A stretch of DNA of 63,373 nt, filler included, from Archaeoglobus sp. JdFR-37 (GCA_002010215.1; 3 parts of 3 records of this genome joined end to end with filler, not necessarily neighbours in it), one strand, 5' to 3'. Counted from the whole stretch's first letter, positions 41,374 through 51,515 are shown. Notes: generated by a model from the letters alone, not told the origin. Program-made: numbers and translations.

Positions 41374-41964
41374 GTGATTTCCATAGTTAATTACGGTGTT
41401 GGGAATCTGAAAAGCATAAGCAAAGCCGTTGAGAAGGCTGAAGGCAAAGTGAACATCACACTTGACACCAGAGAGCTGAAGAACTCCAGCGGCATAATTT
41501 TGCCAGGAGTTGGAGCTTTTGCTCCAGCTATCAGAAATCTGGAGGCCGTAAAGGATGCCATTGTGGAAGCAGATGTGCCTGTTCTCGGCATATGCCTTGG
41601 CATGCAGCTAATGGCGGAGATCAGCGAGGAGGGCGGGTTGCATGAGGGTCTGGGGGTTGTGAAGGGAAGAGTAGTCAGGTTCCCTGATAGCGTCGGTAAA
41701 ATCCCCCATATGGGTTGGAATGTGGTAGAAGTCGTGAAGGAGAATGAACTTCTGGATGGATTTGAAAAAGATTATTTCTACTTCGTCCATTCCTATTTCC
41801 TGAAGACAGACGATGAACATGTTATTGGTAAGACTGATTATGGCCTTACTTTCCCGTCTGCCGTCCAGAATGATAACTTCTTCGGAGTTCAGTTCCATCC
41901 CGAGAAGAGCGGGAAAAGAGGCTTAGATATTGTGAAAAATTTTGTCAGATTATGCCGGAAATAG
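41374..41964 (+). CDS. hisH: Imidazole glycerol phosphate synthase glutaminase subunit
   Basis: PGVGAF, LGICLGMQ, PHMGWN and QFHPEKS motifs. Confidence 0.97.
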   Translation: MISIVNYGVGNLKSISKAVEKAEGKVNITLDTRELKNSSGIILPGVGAFAPAIRNLEAVKDAIVEADVPVLGICLGMQLMAEISEEGGLHEGLGVVKGRVVRFPDSVGKIPHMGWNVVEVVKENELLDGFEKDYFYFVHSYFLKTDDEHVIGKTDYGLTFPSAVQNDNFFGVQFHPEKSGKRGLDIVKNFVRLCRK

Positions 41965-42050
41965 AGCGGAAAATATAGAAGCATATACGCAAATACGTAG
42001 CGGTCAGAAGCCTTATATATTGCTTCTGTCAATAAAAGAGTTGAAGCGAA

Positions 42051-43235
42051 ATGGCTCGAACGGTTAAAGACCTTCTGGTTGAGATAAAAGATACAACTGA
42101 ATTGATGGTGGATCTCGCTTACTCGGCAATTCTCTATGACAACGAGGATATTGCCGAAGAAGTTCTAGATCTTGAGGAGAGAGTCAGCGAACTCGTAAGG
42201 CAAATCAGAATAGTGTCCATTCTTGCCGCTAGAAGAGTTGAGGAAGCTGAGCTGGTTTCAACTATACTCCTCATCGCCGATGCGGCCCAGAAAATATCCA
42301 GTGCAGCCGGAGATATAGCCGCCTTAGTTATGAAGGATTTTAAGCTGCCCAGAGATATGATAAGGGCAATTTTGACAAAGAGTGAAGAGACCATCGTGAG
42401 GCTGAGGGTTCCAGAGACTTCGGAGATTGCAGATAGAACTCTTGGCGAGTCCAAACTCCATACAAAGACGGGTATGAGAGTCATAGCTATAAAAAGAGGA
42501 TTTGACTGGATTTTCAATCCCGACAGGGACACCAAAATCCTGAAGGGGGATATTCTGTTTGCCAGAGGCGACATAACGGCAGTTCCAACCTTCTTTGAGC
42601 ACGTGACTGGAGAGAAAATCACAGTTGAGGGAGAAGAGGAGCTGCCAATAGAGGATCTGGACAGGGCCGTTGACATTCTGATAGACATGAAGAACCTCTC
42701 AGAGCTTTCAGTTGACCTCAGCTATTCATCCCTTCTTTACTACAATGAGGAGATTGCTCAAGAAGTTCACTATCTGGAAAGCCGAATAGATGATATGAAG
42801 TTCGACCTCCAGCAGTTCGTGCTCAAAAGTAGCCGCCACTTCATGGGATACGAGAACCTGAAGCCCCTCATCGCCCTGCTTGACCTTGCAAACTCCAGCG
42901 AGCTGATTGCCGATGCAGCCAAGGAGATCGCAGAGATTGTCGTCAAGAAAATGGAGGTCCACCCAATCTTCAAGAAGGCCATGGCTGAGAGTGATGAGAT
43001 TATAACTGTGGTTGAGGTTTCGGAGATGTGTAACCTTGACGGCAAAACCCTTGGCGAGGCAAGGGTTGAGAGCAACACGGGAATGCACATAGTGGCGATA
43101 AAGAGGGGTAACAGGTGGATCACAAAGCCAGGAGCTAGGACAGTGATAAAAAATGGTGACCTGCTGATAGCAAAAGGTACGAGGGAGGGTGAAGAACTCC
43201 TGAAGGAAATGTGTTCTATCTCACTGCCAGCATGA
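42051..43235 (+). CDS. PhoU/TrkA-C tandem-repeat regulatory protein
   Basis: Duplicated MKxxSELxVDLxYS block, each followed by an RCK-C domain (TGMxxxAIKRG). Confidence 0.88.
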   Translation: MARTVKDLLVEIKDTTELMVDLAYSAILYDNEDIAEEVLDLEERVSELVRQIRIVSILAARRVEEAELVSTILLIADAAQKISSAAGDIAALVMKDFKLPRDMIRAILTKSEETIVRLRVPETSEIADRTLGESKLHTKTGMRVIAIKRGFDWIFNPDRDTKILKGDILFARGDITAVPTFFEHVTGEKITVEGEEELPIEDLDRAVDILIDMKNLSELSVDLSYSSLLYYNEEIAQEVHYLESRIDDMKFDLQQFVLKSSRHFMGYENLKPLIALLDLANSSELIADAAKEIAEIVVKKMEVHPIFKKAMAESDEIITVVEVSEMCNLDGKTLGEARVESNTGMHIVAIKRGNRWITKPGARTVIKNGDLLIAKGTREGEELLKEMCSISLPA

Positions 43236-43935
43236 GTTTTCCAACAAGCTCACTTCTTATTTTCGAGTTCCTGCCACTCTCACAAACCATTGTTCTGACT
43301 CCGATGATGTCCGGTCCAAGCTCTTTCAGCACGGGAATGTGTTCCCAGGTAAGACTACCTGCCAGCGCCACGAAAAGGCCCTTTTCATGAGCAGCTGAGA
43401 CGAAGGCCTGAATTTCATCCATAGACATATGGTCGAACAGTGTTGAGCCATCTTTTATGGCCGTATCAACCATTATCCCGTCAGCTCTCGCTCTTTCTCC
43501 AGCGTCAGGCAGGTCTAAGGGAGAAATGCTTCCAACACGCCTGAAATCCGCATAAGCCGCAGCAACAACCTTTTTATCGGGGTCGTAGTCTTTAACAGCC
43601 TTCACAACACCTGAAAGCATTTCAACAGCCTCATCGGAATTTCTAACACCGTAAAGACCAACCTTTATGTAATCTGCCCCGCTTGTTGCTGCTCCAAGGG
43701 CTGCCAAGCTGGCAGTTCCGGGTTTGAAGTCAAGGTCTCCTAAAGTGGCGCTGACTTCCTTCCCGCTTTTCTTTACCACTGATGCGATGCTCTTAATCAC
43801 CCAAGGAAAATTTGCTCCGAGGGAGCCTTCTCTGGGATTTTTGACATCTATTATGTCCGCTCCACCTTTTATGGACTCGATGGCCTCTTCCATATTCATG
43901 GGGCTGACAAGTACCTTCATAAGTACCTTCACCAT
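43216..43935 (-). CDS. mfnB: (5-formylfuran-3-yl)methyl phosphate synthase, methanofuran biosynthesis
   Basis: ADIIDVKNPREGSLGANFPW, YIKVGL and DTAIKDG motifs. Confidence 0.93.
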   Translation of the reverse strand: MVKVLMKVLVSPMNMEEAIESIKGGADIIDVKNPREGSLGANFPWVIKSIASVVKKSGKEVSATLGDLDFKPGTASLAALGAATSGADYIKVGLYGVRNSDEAVEMLSGVVKAVKDYDPDKKVVAAAYADFRRVGSISPLDLPDAGERARADGIMVDTAIKDGSTLFDHMSMDEIQAFVSAAHEKGLFVALAGSLTWEHIPVLKELGPDIIGVRTMVCESGRNSKIRSELVGKLMLAVR

Positions 43936-43983
43936 AGCTGCTTGAAGCGTGGGGTATTTATTGATGTTGTTTTTGTTTCGAAT

Positions 43984-44268
43984 ATGATTATCATCCAGCA
44001 GCTTGAGGTTGGTGGCAGAACATTTCTGGGTGTGAGGATTGAACTAGGAGCACCACTTCTACTTATTAAAGGTGAGAAAGGGTACCTCGGATGTGGGTAT
44101 TTTAGCCTTGATGCAGCTAACAACATAGGCGATGCTCTTGCTATCGTGAGAGGTGTTTCCTCCTTTGACGATATGCTGAACTCTGAAGTCAAAGAGATAT
44201 CTGAGAAAGCGAGAGAGTTAGGTGTAAAGGAGGGTATGAATGGCAGAGAGGCGTTGATGCGGCTATGA
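43984..44268 (+). CDS. DUF1805 (YunC) family protein
   Basis: PLLLIKGEKGYLGCGY...GMNGREAL. Confidence 0.88.
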   Translation: MIIIQQLEVGGRTFLGVRIELGAPLLLIKGEKGYLGCGYFSLDAANNIGDALAIVRGVSSFDDMLNSEVKEISEKARELGVKEGMNGREALMRL

Positions 44269-44963
44269 GAGTATATTTTGTTATGGATTTAAAAGATGGA
44301 GTTGCTGTCAGGGGGAAAAGGGGGGAGAGGGAAAAATATTATCCCGTCAGCCAGAAAAGCGTCGCAGTATCATCCAGCAATCCGCTGGAAGTTGTTGGAC
44401 AGCTAAAGCCCAGGTTCCTTTATGTTGCAGACCTTGACAGGATAGAGGGGAGAGGGGATAACCTGCAGTTAATTGATAAGCTATCAGGGATAGTGGAGGA
44501 ACTGATGGCAGACTGCGGGTTCAGAAAACGTGAGGAAATAGAAGGTTTGCCATTCAAGCCTGTTCTCGGAACCGAAACCTACCCTATGGATGAAATCATT
44601 GATGGAGTTTATGTAAGTCTTGACTTCAGAGGTGGGAGGCTTCTTGGAGGTGGTAGAAGTGGTGAACGGGGCACCGCAGAAACACCGGAAAAGTTAGGAA
44701 ACATCTTGGAGATTTTAAATTCGCACAGACTTGAAGGTGTGATTGTGCTATCCATAGATAGCGTTGGAAGCCTCAAACATGATTTCAGGCTAACCAAGAA
44801 GGTTTTGGAGCTGTCGGAGAATCCGGTTATTGCAGCTGGAGGGATTGCTTCACTTAAAGAGCTTGAGGAGCTGAAAGAGCTTGGATGCAGCGGTGCTCTG
44901 GTTGCAACTGCCATCCATGAAGGGTTGATGAATGCGGAGCTGGTAAAAAAGGGTGAGATTTGA
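44265..44963 (+). CDS. HisA/HisF-related TIM barrel protein (C1-cofactor-associated type)
   Basis: VMDLKDGVAVRG...R..Y.P, YVADLDRI, AAGGI, LVATAIH. Confidence 0.85.
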   Translation: MRVYFVMDLKDGVAVRGKRGEREKYYPVSQKSVAVSSSNPLEVVGQLKPRFLYVADLDRIEGRGDNLQLIDKLSGIVEELMADCGFRKREEIEGLPFKPVLGTETYPMDEIIDGVYVSLDFRGGRLLGGGRSGERGTAETPEKLGNILEILNSHRLEGVIVLSIDSVGSLKHDFRLTKKVLELSENPVIAAGGIASLKELEELKELGCSGALVATAIHEGLMNAELVKKGEI

Positions 44964-44979
44964 GCCGACTAAACGAAAT

Positions 44980-45633
44980 TTAAACAAACTTCACTCCCAG
45001 ATCCCTCATCCCGTTTTTCAGGGCCAAGTTTATAAGCAAGGGTGTGATTGCCTCCACTGTCCTTGCAGCACTTAAAGGACCTGCATCAAGCCCTCTCAAT
45101 CCTTCAATGCTGTTGATAATGTCCATAACCATCTTTTTTGCCTCAACATCATCGCTACAAACCGCCACATCCCACTGGAATTCTGCATTTGGATCGGCAA
45201 ATTTAGCGGCAGGAATGTTGTTGAAGGCAGCAACCACTCTTGCATCAATGATGGAGGCTATTTTCTCCGCTGCAGAGCCCTCAGGAGGTGGAGTATAAAC
45301 GAACCTGCCATTTTCCTTCTTCATGGGGACGACAGGAGATACCACTACTTTACTCTTCAACTCATCCTTCAGACTCTCAGCTGTCACGAAAGCTTTATCC
45401 CACGGGATTGTGAGGATGGCAATGTCTGCATGCCTTGCAGCATCTCCATTCTCCATCCCTTCAATATCTGCCTTCCCGCCTCTAGCCTCAACGATTTTGT
45501 TGTACTCCTCTGCTTTTCCAAGGGCCTTTTCCAGTTTTCTGGAGCCCACGATAACATGATAGCCTGCAAGTTTGAGGCGGAAGGCCAGGCCAGCACCTAT
45601 GTGTCCGGTGCCGCCCAGCAGAGCAATCTTCAT
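44980..45633 (-). CDS. npdG: F420H2:NADP+ oxidoreductase
   Basis: LLGGTGHIGAGLA, GSR, PPPEGSAAE and DAGPL motifs. Confidence 0.95.
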   Translation of the reverse strand: MKIALLGGTGHIGAGLAFRLKLAGYHVIVGSRKLEKALGKAEEYNKIVEARGGKADIEGMENGDAARHADIAILTIPWDKAFVTAESLKDELKSKVVVSPVVPMKKENGRFVYTPPPEGSAAEKIASIIDARVVAAFNNIPAAKFADPNAEFQWDVAVCSDDVEAKKMVMDIINSIEGLRGLDAGPLSAARTVEAITPLLINLALKNGMRDLGVKFV

Positions 45634-45649
45634 AAAATCACCTTATGGC

Positions 45650-46891
45650 TTAAAGGGTCTGAAGATTCTCAACCACTGCCTGGGCAAATTCTCGTGTCCC
45701 AACAAGCTTTCCACCCATATGGCGGTGTATGTCATACGTTACGATTCCGCTCTTGATTGTCATCTCAACTGCCTTCTTTATAATCTCACTTGCCTCTTTC
45801 CAGCCCAAGTATTCAAACATTAAAGCTCCCGTCAGGATCTCTGCTGTTGGATTCACCTTATTCTGCCCTGCATATTTCGGAGCAGATCCATGGACAGGCT
45901 CAAAAACTCCCATTCCGTCACCGATATTGCTTCCCGGTACAATTCCAAGTCCACCAACCATTGCTGCTGCAGCATCGCTCATGTAATCTCCATTGAGGTT
46001 CGGCATCGCCAAGACATCGTATTCTGCCGTTCTGGTAAGCAGCTGCTGGAACATGTTGTCGGCGATGCGATCCTTAATCACAATCTTCCCTTTGGGAACT
46101 TCCCCACCGTAGTTATCCCAGAGCTCGTCCTCGGTTATGGTAACATCTCCAAATTCTTCTTTCGCCACTTCATACCCCCAGTCCCTGAAAGCTCCTTCAG
46201 TGTACTTCATTATGTTCCCCTTGTGGACGATGGTGACGCTCTCCCTTTCGTTGTCAATGGCATACTGAATTGCCATCCTGACAAGCCTTTTTGTGGCGAA
46301 CTCACTTATGGGTTTGATCCCTATTCCGGAATCCTCCCGAATCTGAACTCCGAACTTATCAGCCAAGAACTTTATCAGCTTCAGAGCTTCGCTGCTCCCC
46401 CTCTGCCATTCGATGCCAGCATAAACATCCTCGGTATTCTCCCTGAATATGACCAGATCAACCAGCTCGGGCTTTTTCAGGGGACTCGGCAGGCCATCAA
46501 GATAATAGACCGGCCTTACATTGGCATAGAGGTCGAGAACTTGGCGGATGGTAACGTTCAGACTCCTGAATCCTCCACCCACAGGAGTGGTTAATGGCCC
46601 CTTCAGAGCGACTCTGAACTCCTTGATAGCGTTAAGAGTATCTGCCGGCAGATAGTCGCCATATAGTTTGTATGCATCTTCTCCCGCATATACCCTGAAC
46701 CAGACAACTTCTTTACCTATCTTCTCAGCCGCAGCATCAAGAACCATCAGAGCTGCTGGAACGACATCCTTACCAATACCGTCACCCTCGAAATAGGGGA
46801 TTATTGGATTATCGGGGACTATGAGCTTTCCATCCTCATATCGGATTTTCTTACCATTTTCTGGGGGTTTTACCTTCTCGTAGCCCGGCAT
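45650..46891 (-). CDS. icd: NADP-dependent isocitrate dehydrogenase
   Basis: [36 protein letters not shown] and HGSAPKY motifs. Confidence 0.98.
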   Translation of the reverse strand: MPGYEKVKPPENGKKIRYEDGKLIVPDNPIIPYFEGDGIGKDVVPAALMVLDAAAEKIGKEVVWFRVYAGEDAYKLYGDYLPADTLNAIKEFRVALKGPLTTPVGGGFRSLNVTIRQVLDLYANVRPVYYLDGLPSPLKKPELVDLVIFRENTEDVYAGIEWQRGSSEALKLIKFLADKFGVQIREDSGIGIKPISEFATKRLVRMAIQYAIDNERESVTIVHKGNIMKYTEGAFRDWGYEVAKEEFGDVTITEDELWDNYGGEVPKGKIVIKDRIADNMFQQLLTRTAEYDVLAMPNLNGDYMSDAAAAMVGGLGIVPGSNIGDGMGVFEPVHGSAPKYAGQNKVNPTAEILTGALMFEYLGWKEASEIIKKAVEMTIKSGIVTYDIHRHMGGKLVGTREFAQAVVENLQTL

Positions 46892-47011
46892 AACACCACC
46901 TATGCCGGGTTGGTAACTGGTTTAAAAAAGTTAAGGGTAATGTTTGGTTATCGCATTTAATCGTTCTTGTTTTTGAATTTTTGAACTCACTTCATTCTAA
47001 CCCATTCAGAG

Positions 47012-47154
47012 TTATTTATCCGACCCACCCAGCCACTCCTCCGTTCCATAGCTTCATTTCAGTAGTTTTGGTAAACATTCAGAGTATACTATCTCTATGA
47101 AGCTTTGAGACGGGTGGGTGGGCCGATGATATGGCTAATATACCGATAAATAAA
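47012..47154. repeat. Long imperfect inverted repeat (candidate structured RNA or MITE)
   Basis: CGACCCACCCA / TGGGTGGGCCG and AGCTTCAT / ATGAAGCT arms; outer TTATTTATC inverted pair. Confidence 0.55.
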
Positions 47155-47225
47155 AAAGAATACTTTTGGAGTTCCGAGGTTGATCTTTCCAATGTTGATG
47201 CAGATTGGATTGTACAGTACAATAT

Positions 47226-47945
47226 TCAATGCACAAACACGATCCCGAATGTGGTAGCGCACGGAAACTCCTCAGGCGGTATTGGCCTGGCTCTGACAGG
47301 ATACACTTCCCAGCCAAGCTTTGTTGCGAGATCTATTACATCAATCCCCACAGCTTCCATGGCAGGCCGAGATTTCAGAACGAATCTGCACCTCTTACCT
47401 TGCAGGACATTGCAGGGCTGCATCATGCATAAAGCGTGCTGACATGAACCTCCAGCAAAGCCCATGGCAAAATAATAGCCGTCGCTGAAGGCCTGTGCTT
47501 CAATAAGCCCTACGATCTCCATATTCTTCCTATAATGTCTGGCTATGTCCTCCTCTTTCTTAGGGTCTATGAAGTCCTCTTTTGGCTCCACGTCCCTCTT
47601 TATGACTAAGGCATACCTGTACTTTGGGATTATCCTTGCCATCTCTTCAGCTGTCGGGCTGTGAGGAGGGCAGTTTATGCAGTTATTGTAGTGATGGCAG
47701 ACTGAAATTCTGCACTTCAGCCTGAGTCTCTCATCCACATTAACCATGGAAGCGGGAATGATTTTAGCATCCTGGCACCCAAGTTTCAGAGCGAATTCCC
47801 TGTACCTTTCAAGATCTTCCAGCAGTTCTTCATCGGAAACCTGGGTTCTGAATCTCCTGGGCTTATGAAACATTCCTATCTGCCTGAGAAATGCCCTGTC
47901 GAACCTGGCAAATTTATTTTTTGATTCAATGCCGGTCTCCATCAT
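47226..47945 (-). CDS. DUF2284 predicted metal-binding protein
   Basis: RLKC...C..YNNCINCPP, GGSC...C and RPAMEAVGIDV motifs. Confidence 0.88.
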   Translation of the reverse strand: MMETGIESKNKFARFDRAFLRQIGMFHKPRRFRTQVSDEELLEDLERYREFALKLGCQDAKIIPASMVNVDERLRLKCRISVCHHYNNCINCPPHSPTAEEMARIIPKYRYALVIKRDVEPKEDFIDPKKEEDIARHYRKNMEIVGLIEAQAFSDGYYFAMGFAGGSCQHALCMMQPCNVLQGKRCRFVLKSRPAMEAVGIDVIDLATKLGWEVYPVRARPIPPEEFPCATTFGIVFVH

Positions 47946-48103
47946 TATTTATGATTCATAGTGAAAAATTAAATGAACTTTTCGTCGATATTATCAACAA
48001 TTCTTGACAAGATGTCAAATTAGAGTGGTTTGGTAAAAGCGTGGGTCTTGGTGTCATGATGAGTTTGCCAAGTGAATTTCATAAAATAAAGTGAAGCTAT
48101 GTT

Positions 48104-48283
48104 CTATTCCGCTTTTTGAATCACACCACTCATCAATCCTCTATATTCTTTCAGCGGCTCCCCTATCTTCAACCCTTCGCCGTCCACTATGTCAAGGATC
48201 CTTATTGTCCTCTCATGATTTCCGAACCTGTTCTTGATAACTGCAATTGTTTTAAGGAGCTCTCCTTCCACTTCCATGTGCCT
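48104..48283 (-). CDS. C-terminal fragment of a KaiC/RAD55-family ATPase (cut by the gap)
   Basis: RHMEVEGELLKTIAVIKNRFGNHERTIR...GLKIGEPLKEYRGLMSG. Confidence 0.75.
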   Translation of the reverse strand, partial: RHMEVEGELLKTIAVIKNRFGNHERTIRILDIVDGEGLKIGEPLKEYRGLMSGVIQKAE

Positions 48284-48383
48284 NNNNNNNNNNNNNNNNN
48301 NNNNNNNNNNNNNNNNNNNNNNNNNNNTTAATTAATTAANNNNNNNNNNNNNNNNNNNNNNNNNNNNNNNNNNNNNNNNNNNN
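48284..48383. other. Assembly gap with artificial stop-codon linker
   Basis: 44 N + TTAATTAATTAA (48328-48339) + 44 N. Confidence 0.98.
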
Positions 48384-48508
48384 TACCTTGGCCTTAAAGG
48401 CAGCATCGTGACGCTTGCGTATATTCCCCACCCTCCATGCCTCCTTCTAGACTCACGCCAGACTCTACATGCACCTTATTGCCCCGTCCAAATTTTGGGG
48501 GTAATTAT
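48384..48508 (-). mobile_element. Left end of an IS3-family element (partial)
   Basis: IR-like TAATTACCCCCAAAATTTGGAC, SD GGAGG, and orfA start VGNIRKRHDAAFKAKV running into the gap; boundary approximate. Confidence 0.7.
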
Positions 48509-48710
48509 AGCCTTCTTTGGCCAGGCCTATCTGCTTGTGAGAGATTCCTCCACTTAAGGGTATGTGATAAGGAATTATTGAGGCTAAGGAATGCATGCAG
48601 ATAGTACAGGACTTCTTGGGATTAATCTTGTATCGCCCTTCTAATATCACACTATCCCCAACCTTATAAACCGGGCAATTGCTTATAATTTCTTTAACAA
48701 TTAAGCCCAT
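48509..48710 (-). pseudogene. TIGR04076-family protein truncated by the IS3 element
   Basis: CPVYKVGD...ICMHSLASIIPY...IGLA, but the C-terminal QCxDP motif is replaced by IS sequence. Confidence 0.7.
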
Positions 48711-49903
48711 AACTCCCTCAGTAAAATATCAACAATCCTTTGCGTAGCCTTACCATCGCCATAGGGATTCATAGCCTTGGACATCTCTTCATAGGATTTT
48801 GGATTCTCTAAAAGCCTCTGTGTTTCTTCAATAATTCTATCCTTATTAGTTCCTACCAATCTCACTGTACCAGCTTCAACGCCTTCTGGCCTTTCTGTGG
48901 TGTCTCTCATAACTAAAACCGGTTTACCCAGAGCTGGAGCCTCTTCTTGGATGCCCCCAGAATCGGTAAGGATAAGGTAAGATTTACTCATAAGATAGAC
49001 AAAAGGTTCATAGTCTAAGGGATCAATCAAAAATAAATTTTTCTGGTTTTTCTTTATTTGGTCTTTTCGGTTTGTTTGGGTGGGACCCAGAATTTCATAA
49101 ACAGGCTTCTGGACGTTTGGGTTAAGGTGAACGGGGTAAACAATAGTGACATTAGGGTTATTTTGTGCTATTTCTCTGAGGGCTAAGCATATATTTTTAA
49201 ACCCCCCTCCAAAGCTTTCTCGTCTGTGCCCCGTGACCAGGATCAGTTTTGAGTTGTTAGTGTTAGTTCCACTATCAGTGGGCAGTGTTAGGTTCCATTT
49301 TTCTCTAAAATATTTATTCAATCCCTTTTGCCTGGCTACTGACTTTTGACTCCTGACAACTGTCAAGAGGGCATCGATCACCGTATTTCCAGTAACCCAT
49401 ATTTTTTCTTCAGGAATGTTCTCTTTTAACAGATTATTCTTCGCCCATTCCGTAGGGGCAAAATGATAATCAGCTAACACTCCGGTTAAATGCCTATTCT
49501 TTTCTTCTGGAAAAGGATTATATTTGTTATACGTTCTTAAACCTGCCTCCACGTGGGCAACAGGAATTTGCATATAGTAAGATGCCAGACTGGCCACAAA
49601 TGAAGTAGTAGTGTCACCTTGAACAATAACCAGGTCTGGCCTCTCCTTTTCCAAAACTTTCTTCAATCTCTGTAAGGATCTTATAGTAACATCGAAAAGA
49701 TCCTGGTTATTAGTCATTATATTTAAATCATAATTTGGGGTAATCTCAAATAGATTTAAAACCTGGTCTAACATCTCCCGATGCTGAGCCGTTACACAGA
49801 TAGTAGCTTTCAGCTTTAAGCTTTCAGCTTTAAGCTTTTGAACAAGTGGTGCAAGCTTTATAGCTTCAGGCCGTGTACCGAATACTATTAGAATCTTACG
49901 CAT
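48701..49903 (-). CDS. wecB: UDP-N-acetylglucosamine 2-epimerase (non-hydrolysing)
   Basis: [26 protein letters not shown] and [11 protein letters not shown] motifs. Confidence 0.97.
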   Translation of the reverse strand: MRKILIVFGTRPEAIKLAPLVQKLKAESLKLKATICVTAQHREMLDQVLNLFEITPNYDLNIMTNNQDLFDVTIRSLQRLKKVLEKERPDLVIVQGDTTTSFVASLASYYMQIPVAHVEAGLRTYNKYNPFPEEKNRHLTGVLADYHFAPTEWAKNNLLKENIPEEKIWVTGNTVIDALLTVVRSQKSVARQKGLNKYFREKWNLTLPTDSGTNTNNSKLILVTGHRRESFGGGFKNICLALREIAQNNPNVTIVYPVHLNPNVQKPVYEILGPTQTNRKDQIKKNQKNLFLIDPLDYEPFVYLMSKSYLILTDSGGIQEEAPALGKPVLVMRDTTERPEGVEAGTVRLVGTNKDRIIEETQRLLENPKSYEEMSKAMNPYGDGKATQRIVDILLRELWA

Positions 49904-50022
49904 TGTTATTCGTTATTTGTTATTCGTTTTTTTCTTGCCGAACAGATAGTTTATGTGTCCATTTAAAATCGTAAAGAGGTTATTTCGCATTCTTTTTCAC
50001 AGATAACTAGTAACTGATAACT
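49904..50022 (-). repeat. Inverted heptamer arrays flanking a probable four-helix-bundle gene remnant
   Basis: Coding strand AGTTATC AGTTACT AGTTATC ... AACGAAT AACAAAT AACGAAT AACA; core frame 49990-49913 MRNNLFTILNGHINYLFGKKKTNNK*. Confidence 0.6.
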
Positions 50023-51061
50023 ATTCCGTTACCTGCTCCCGCACTGCAGAAGAACTCCCAGGTGGAAAGTCGGCACTTTTTTCAATATTTTCCCAATTAT
50101 CTTTAAACCACTGAATGGTATTTCTTAAACCTTGCTCAAAAGGCGTCTTCGGCTCATAACCCAAAAGCTCCCTTGCTCTATCCACAGATGCCAAAAGACG
50201 ACTCTTGGTATCCCATTTTCGCTTACTAACCATTCTTATCCCCGCTTTATTTCCAACAAGCTCATTAATCATATTCGCCAGATCTCCGATCTTGGTTTCA
50301 TGCTCTGATGCCAGGTTCATCTCTTTACCTATTGCATTTTCAAAATATCCTGCACGGAGTAAACCGTCCACCAGATCTTCAACATAAGTAAAATCTCTTG
50401 TTGCTTCAGCGTCCCCCGTTATGGGCAATGGTAATCCTTTCATTGCCCAATAGATGAAGTTTGGAATTACGTTTCGATATTGCCCTGGCACCTCACCAGG
50501 GCCATAAGAATTAAAGAATCTCGTTTTTACCACTGGTAAATCATAATGATGATAAAAGAAGTTGCAGTATAGTTCCCCTAACATTTTTGTGATTTGATAT
50601 GGACTCGAAAGATCCATTGACATAAATTCTTCTTTTAGGGGCAAGGGAGCAGCACTACCATATATAGAACATCCAGATGAAGCATAAATAAATCTTTCTA
50701 CTTTACATAATTTCGAATATTCTAACACCTTCAAGGTGCCAAAGCCGTTTACATGAAGGTCTTTTTCTGGATAGTCAATAGAATTTTGGTTTGCAAAAAA
50801 TGCGGCAAGATGAAAAACATGACTGGGCTCTTCATTAAAGACTCTCTTCAATGAAATATCATCTGTAACGCTCCCCTTAACAAAAAGAATATTATGCCTA
50901 GAAGGAATGTTCCATTCATAAGAAGCTGACATGTTATCGAGAATGATAATAAGCCCCGCATCTAAATCAGATAGTCTTTTACAAAGATTCGAACCTATAG
51001 CACCTGCCCCACCAGTGACGAGAATCGTTTTGCCTTTGTAGAAATCTAAGTATTCTGACAT
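50021..51061 (-). CDS. NAD-dependent epimerase/dehydratase
   Basis: TGGAGAIG and YQITK (YxxxK); SD AGGAGG. Confidence 0.94.
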   Translation of the reverse strand: MSEYLDFYKGKTILVTGGAGAIGSNLCKRLSDLDAGLIIILDNMSASYEWNIPSRHNILFVKGSVTDDISLKRVFNEEPSHVFHLAAFFANQNSIDYPEKDLHVNGFGTLKVLEYSKLCKVERFIYASSGCSIYGSAAPLPLKEEFMSMDLSSPYQITKMLGELYCNFFYHHYDLPVVKTRFFNSYGPGEVPGQYRNVIPNFIYWAMKGLPLPITGDAEATRDFTYVEDLVDGLLRAGYFENAIGKEMNLASEHETKIGDLANMINELVGNKAGIRMVSKRKWDTKSRLLASVDRARELLGYEPKTPFEQGLRNTIQWFKDNWENIEKSADFPPGSSSAVREQVTE

Positions 51062-51075
51062 ATTTCCTCCTTTCT

Positions 51076-51106
51076 TTTTAGTATCAGTTTTCAGTATCAG
51101 TGTCAG
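51076..51106 (-). repeat. 3' arm of hexamer-based inverted repeat
   Basis: Coding strand CTGACA CTGATA CTGAAAA CTGATA CTAAAA. Confidence 0.8.
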
Positions 51107-51476
51107 TTTGCAATAGCTTGTTCCGTAGCCCGTGTAAGATGCGCATTTCTTCATTCAGTAGCCCGGATAATGAATCAATATCCTCATTAGATACATAACC
51201 AAATCTTTGCGCCAATTCCATTTGAGTATCAGGTTCACCACAAGATCCCAAAGCTATCGAAATAAATTGCCTAAACTCGTTTTTTGAATTCCGAAGTTGA
51301 CTTTCAGCTAAATTCGAAGGAATTGAAACTGCAGAACGCCGCATTTGAGAGGTCAAACCATAAACTTCTTCCTTTGGGAATCCTTTTGTAATCTTATAAA
51401 TCAGTTCGCATATCTCCATACCTTTTTGCCAGGCTATTAAATCCCTATATCCTTTACTTTTCTCTTTATCTCCCAT
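51084..51476 (-). CDS. Four helix bundle protein (23S rRNA intervening-sequence protein / Avd-like family)
   Basis: YRDLIAWQKG, FPKEEVYGLTSQMRRSAVSIPSNLAE and FISIALGS signatures. Confidence 0.95.
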   Translation of the reverse strand: MGDKEKSKGYRDLIAWQKGMEICELIYKITKGFPKEEVYGLTSQMRRSAVSIPSNLAESQLRNSKNEFRQFISIALGSCGEPDTQMELAQRFGYVSNEDIDSLSGLLNEEMRILHGLRNKLLQTDTDTEN

Positions 51477-51515
51477 TTCTATTTTCCTTTCCGACAGTCC
51501 GTCTGTTCTCTAACC

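Noticed and set aside
51084..51476. Diversity-generating retroelement suggested by the Avd-like protein
   Set aside because: No reverse transcriptase and no template/variable repeat pair seen in the window.
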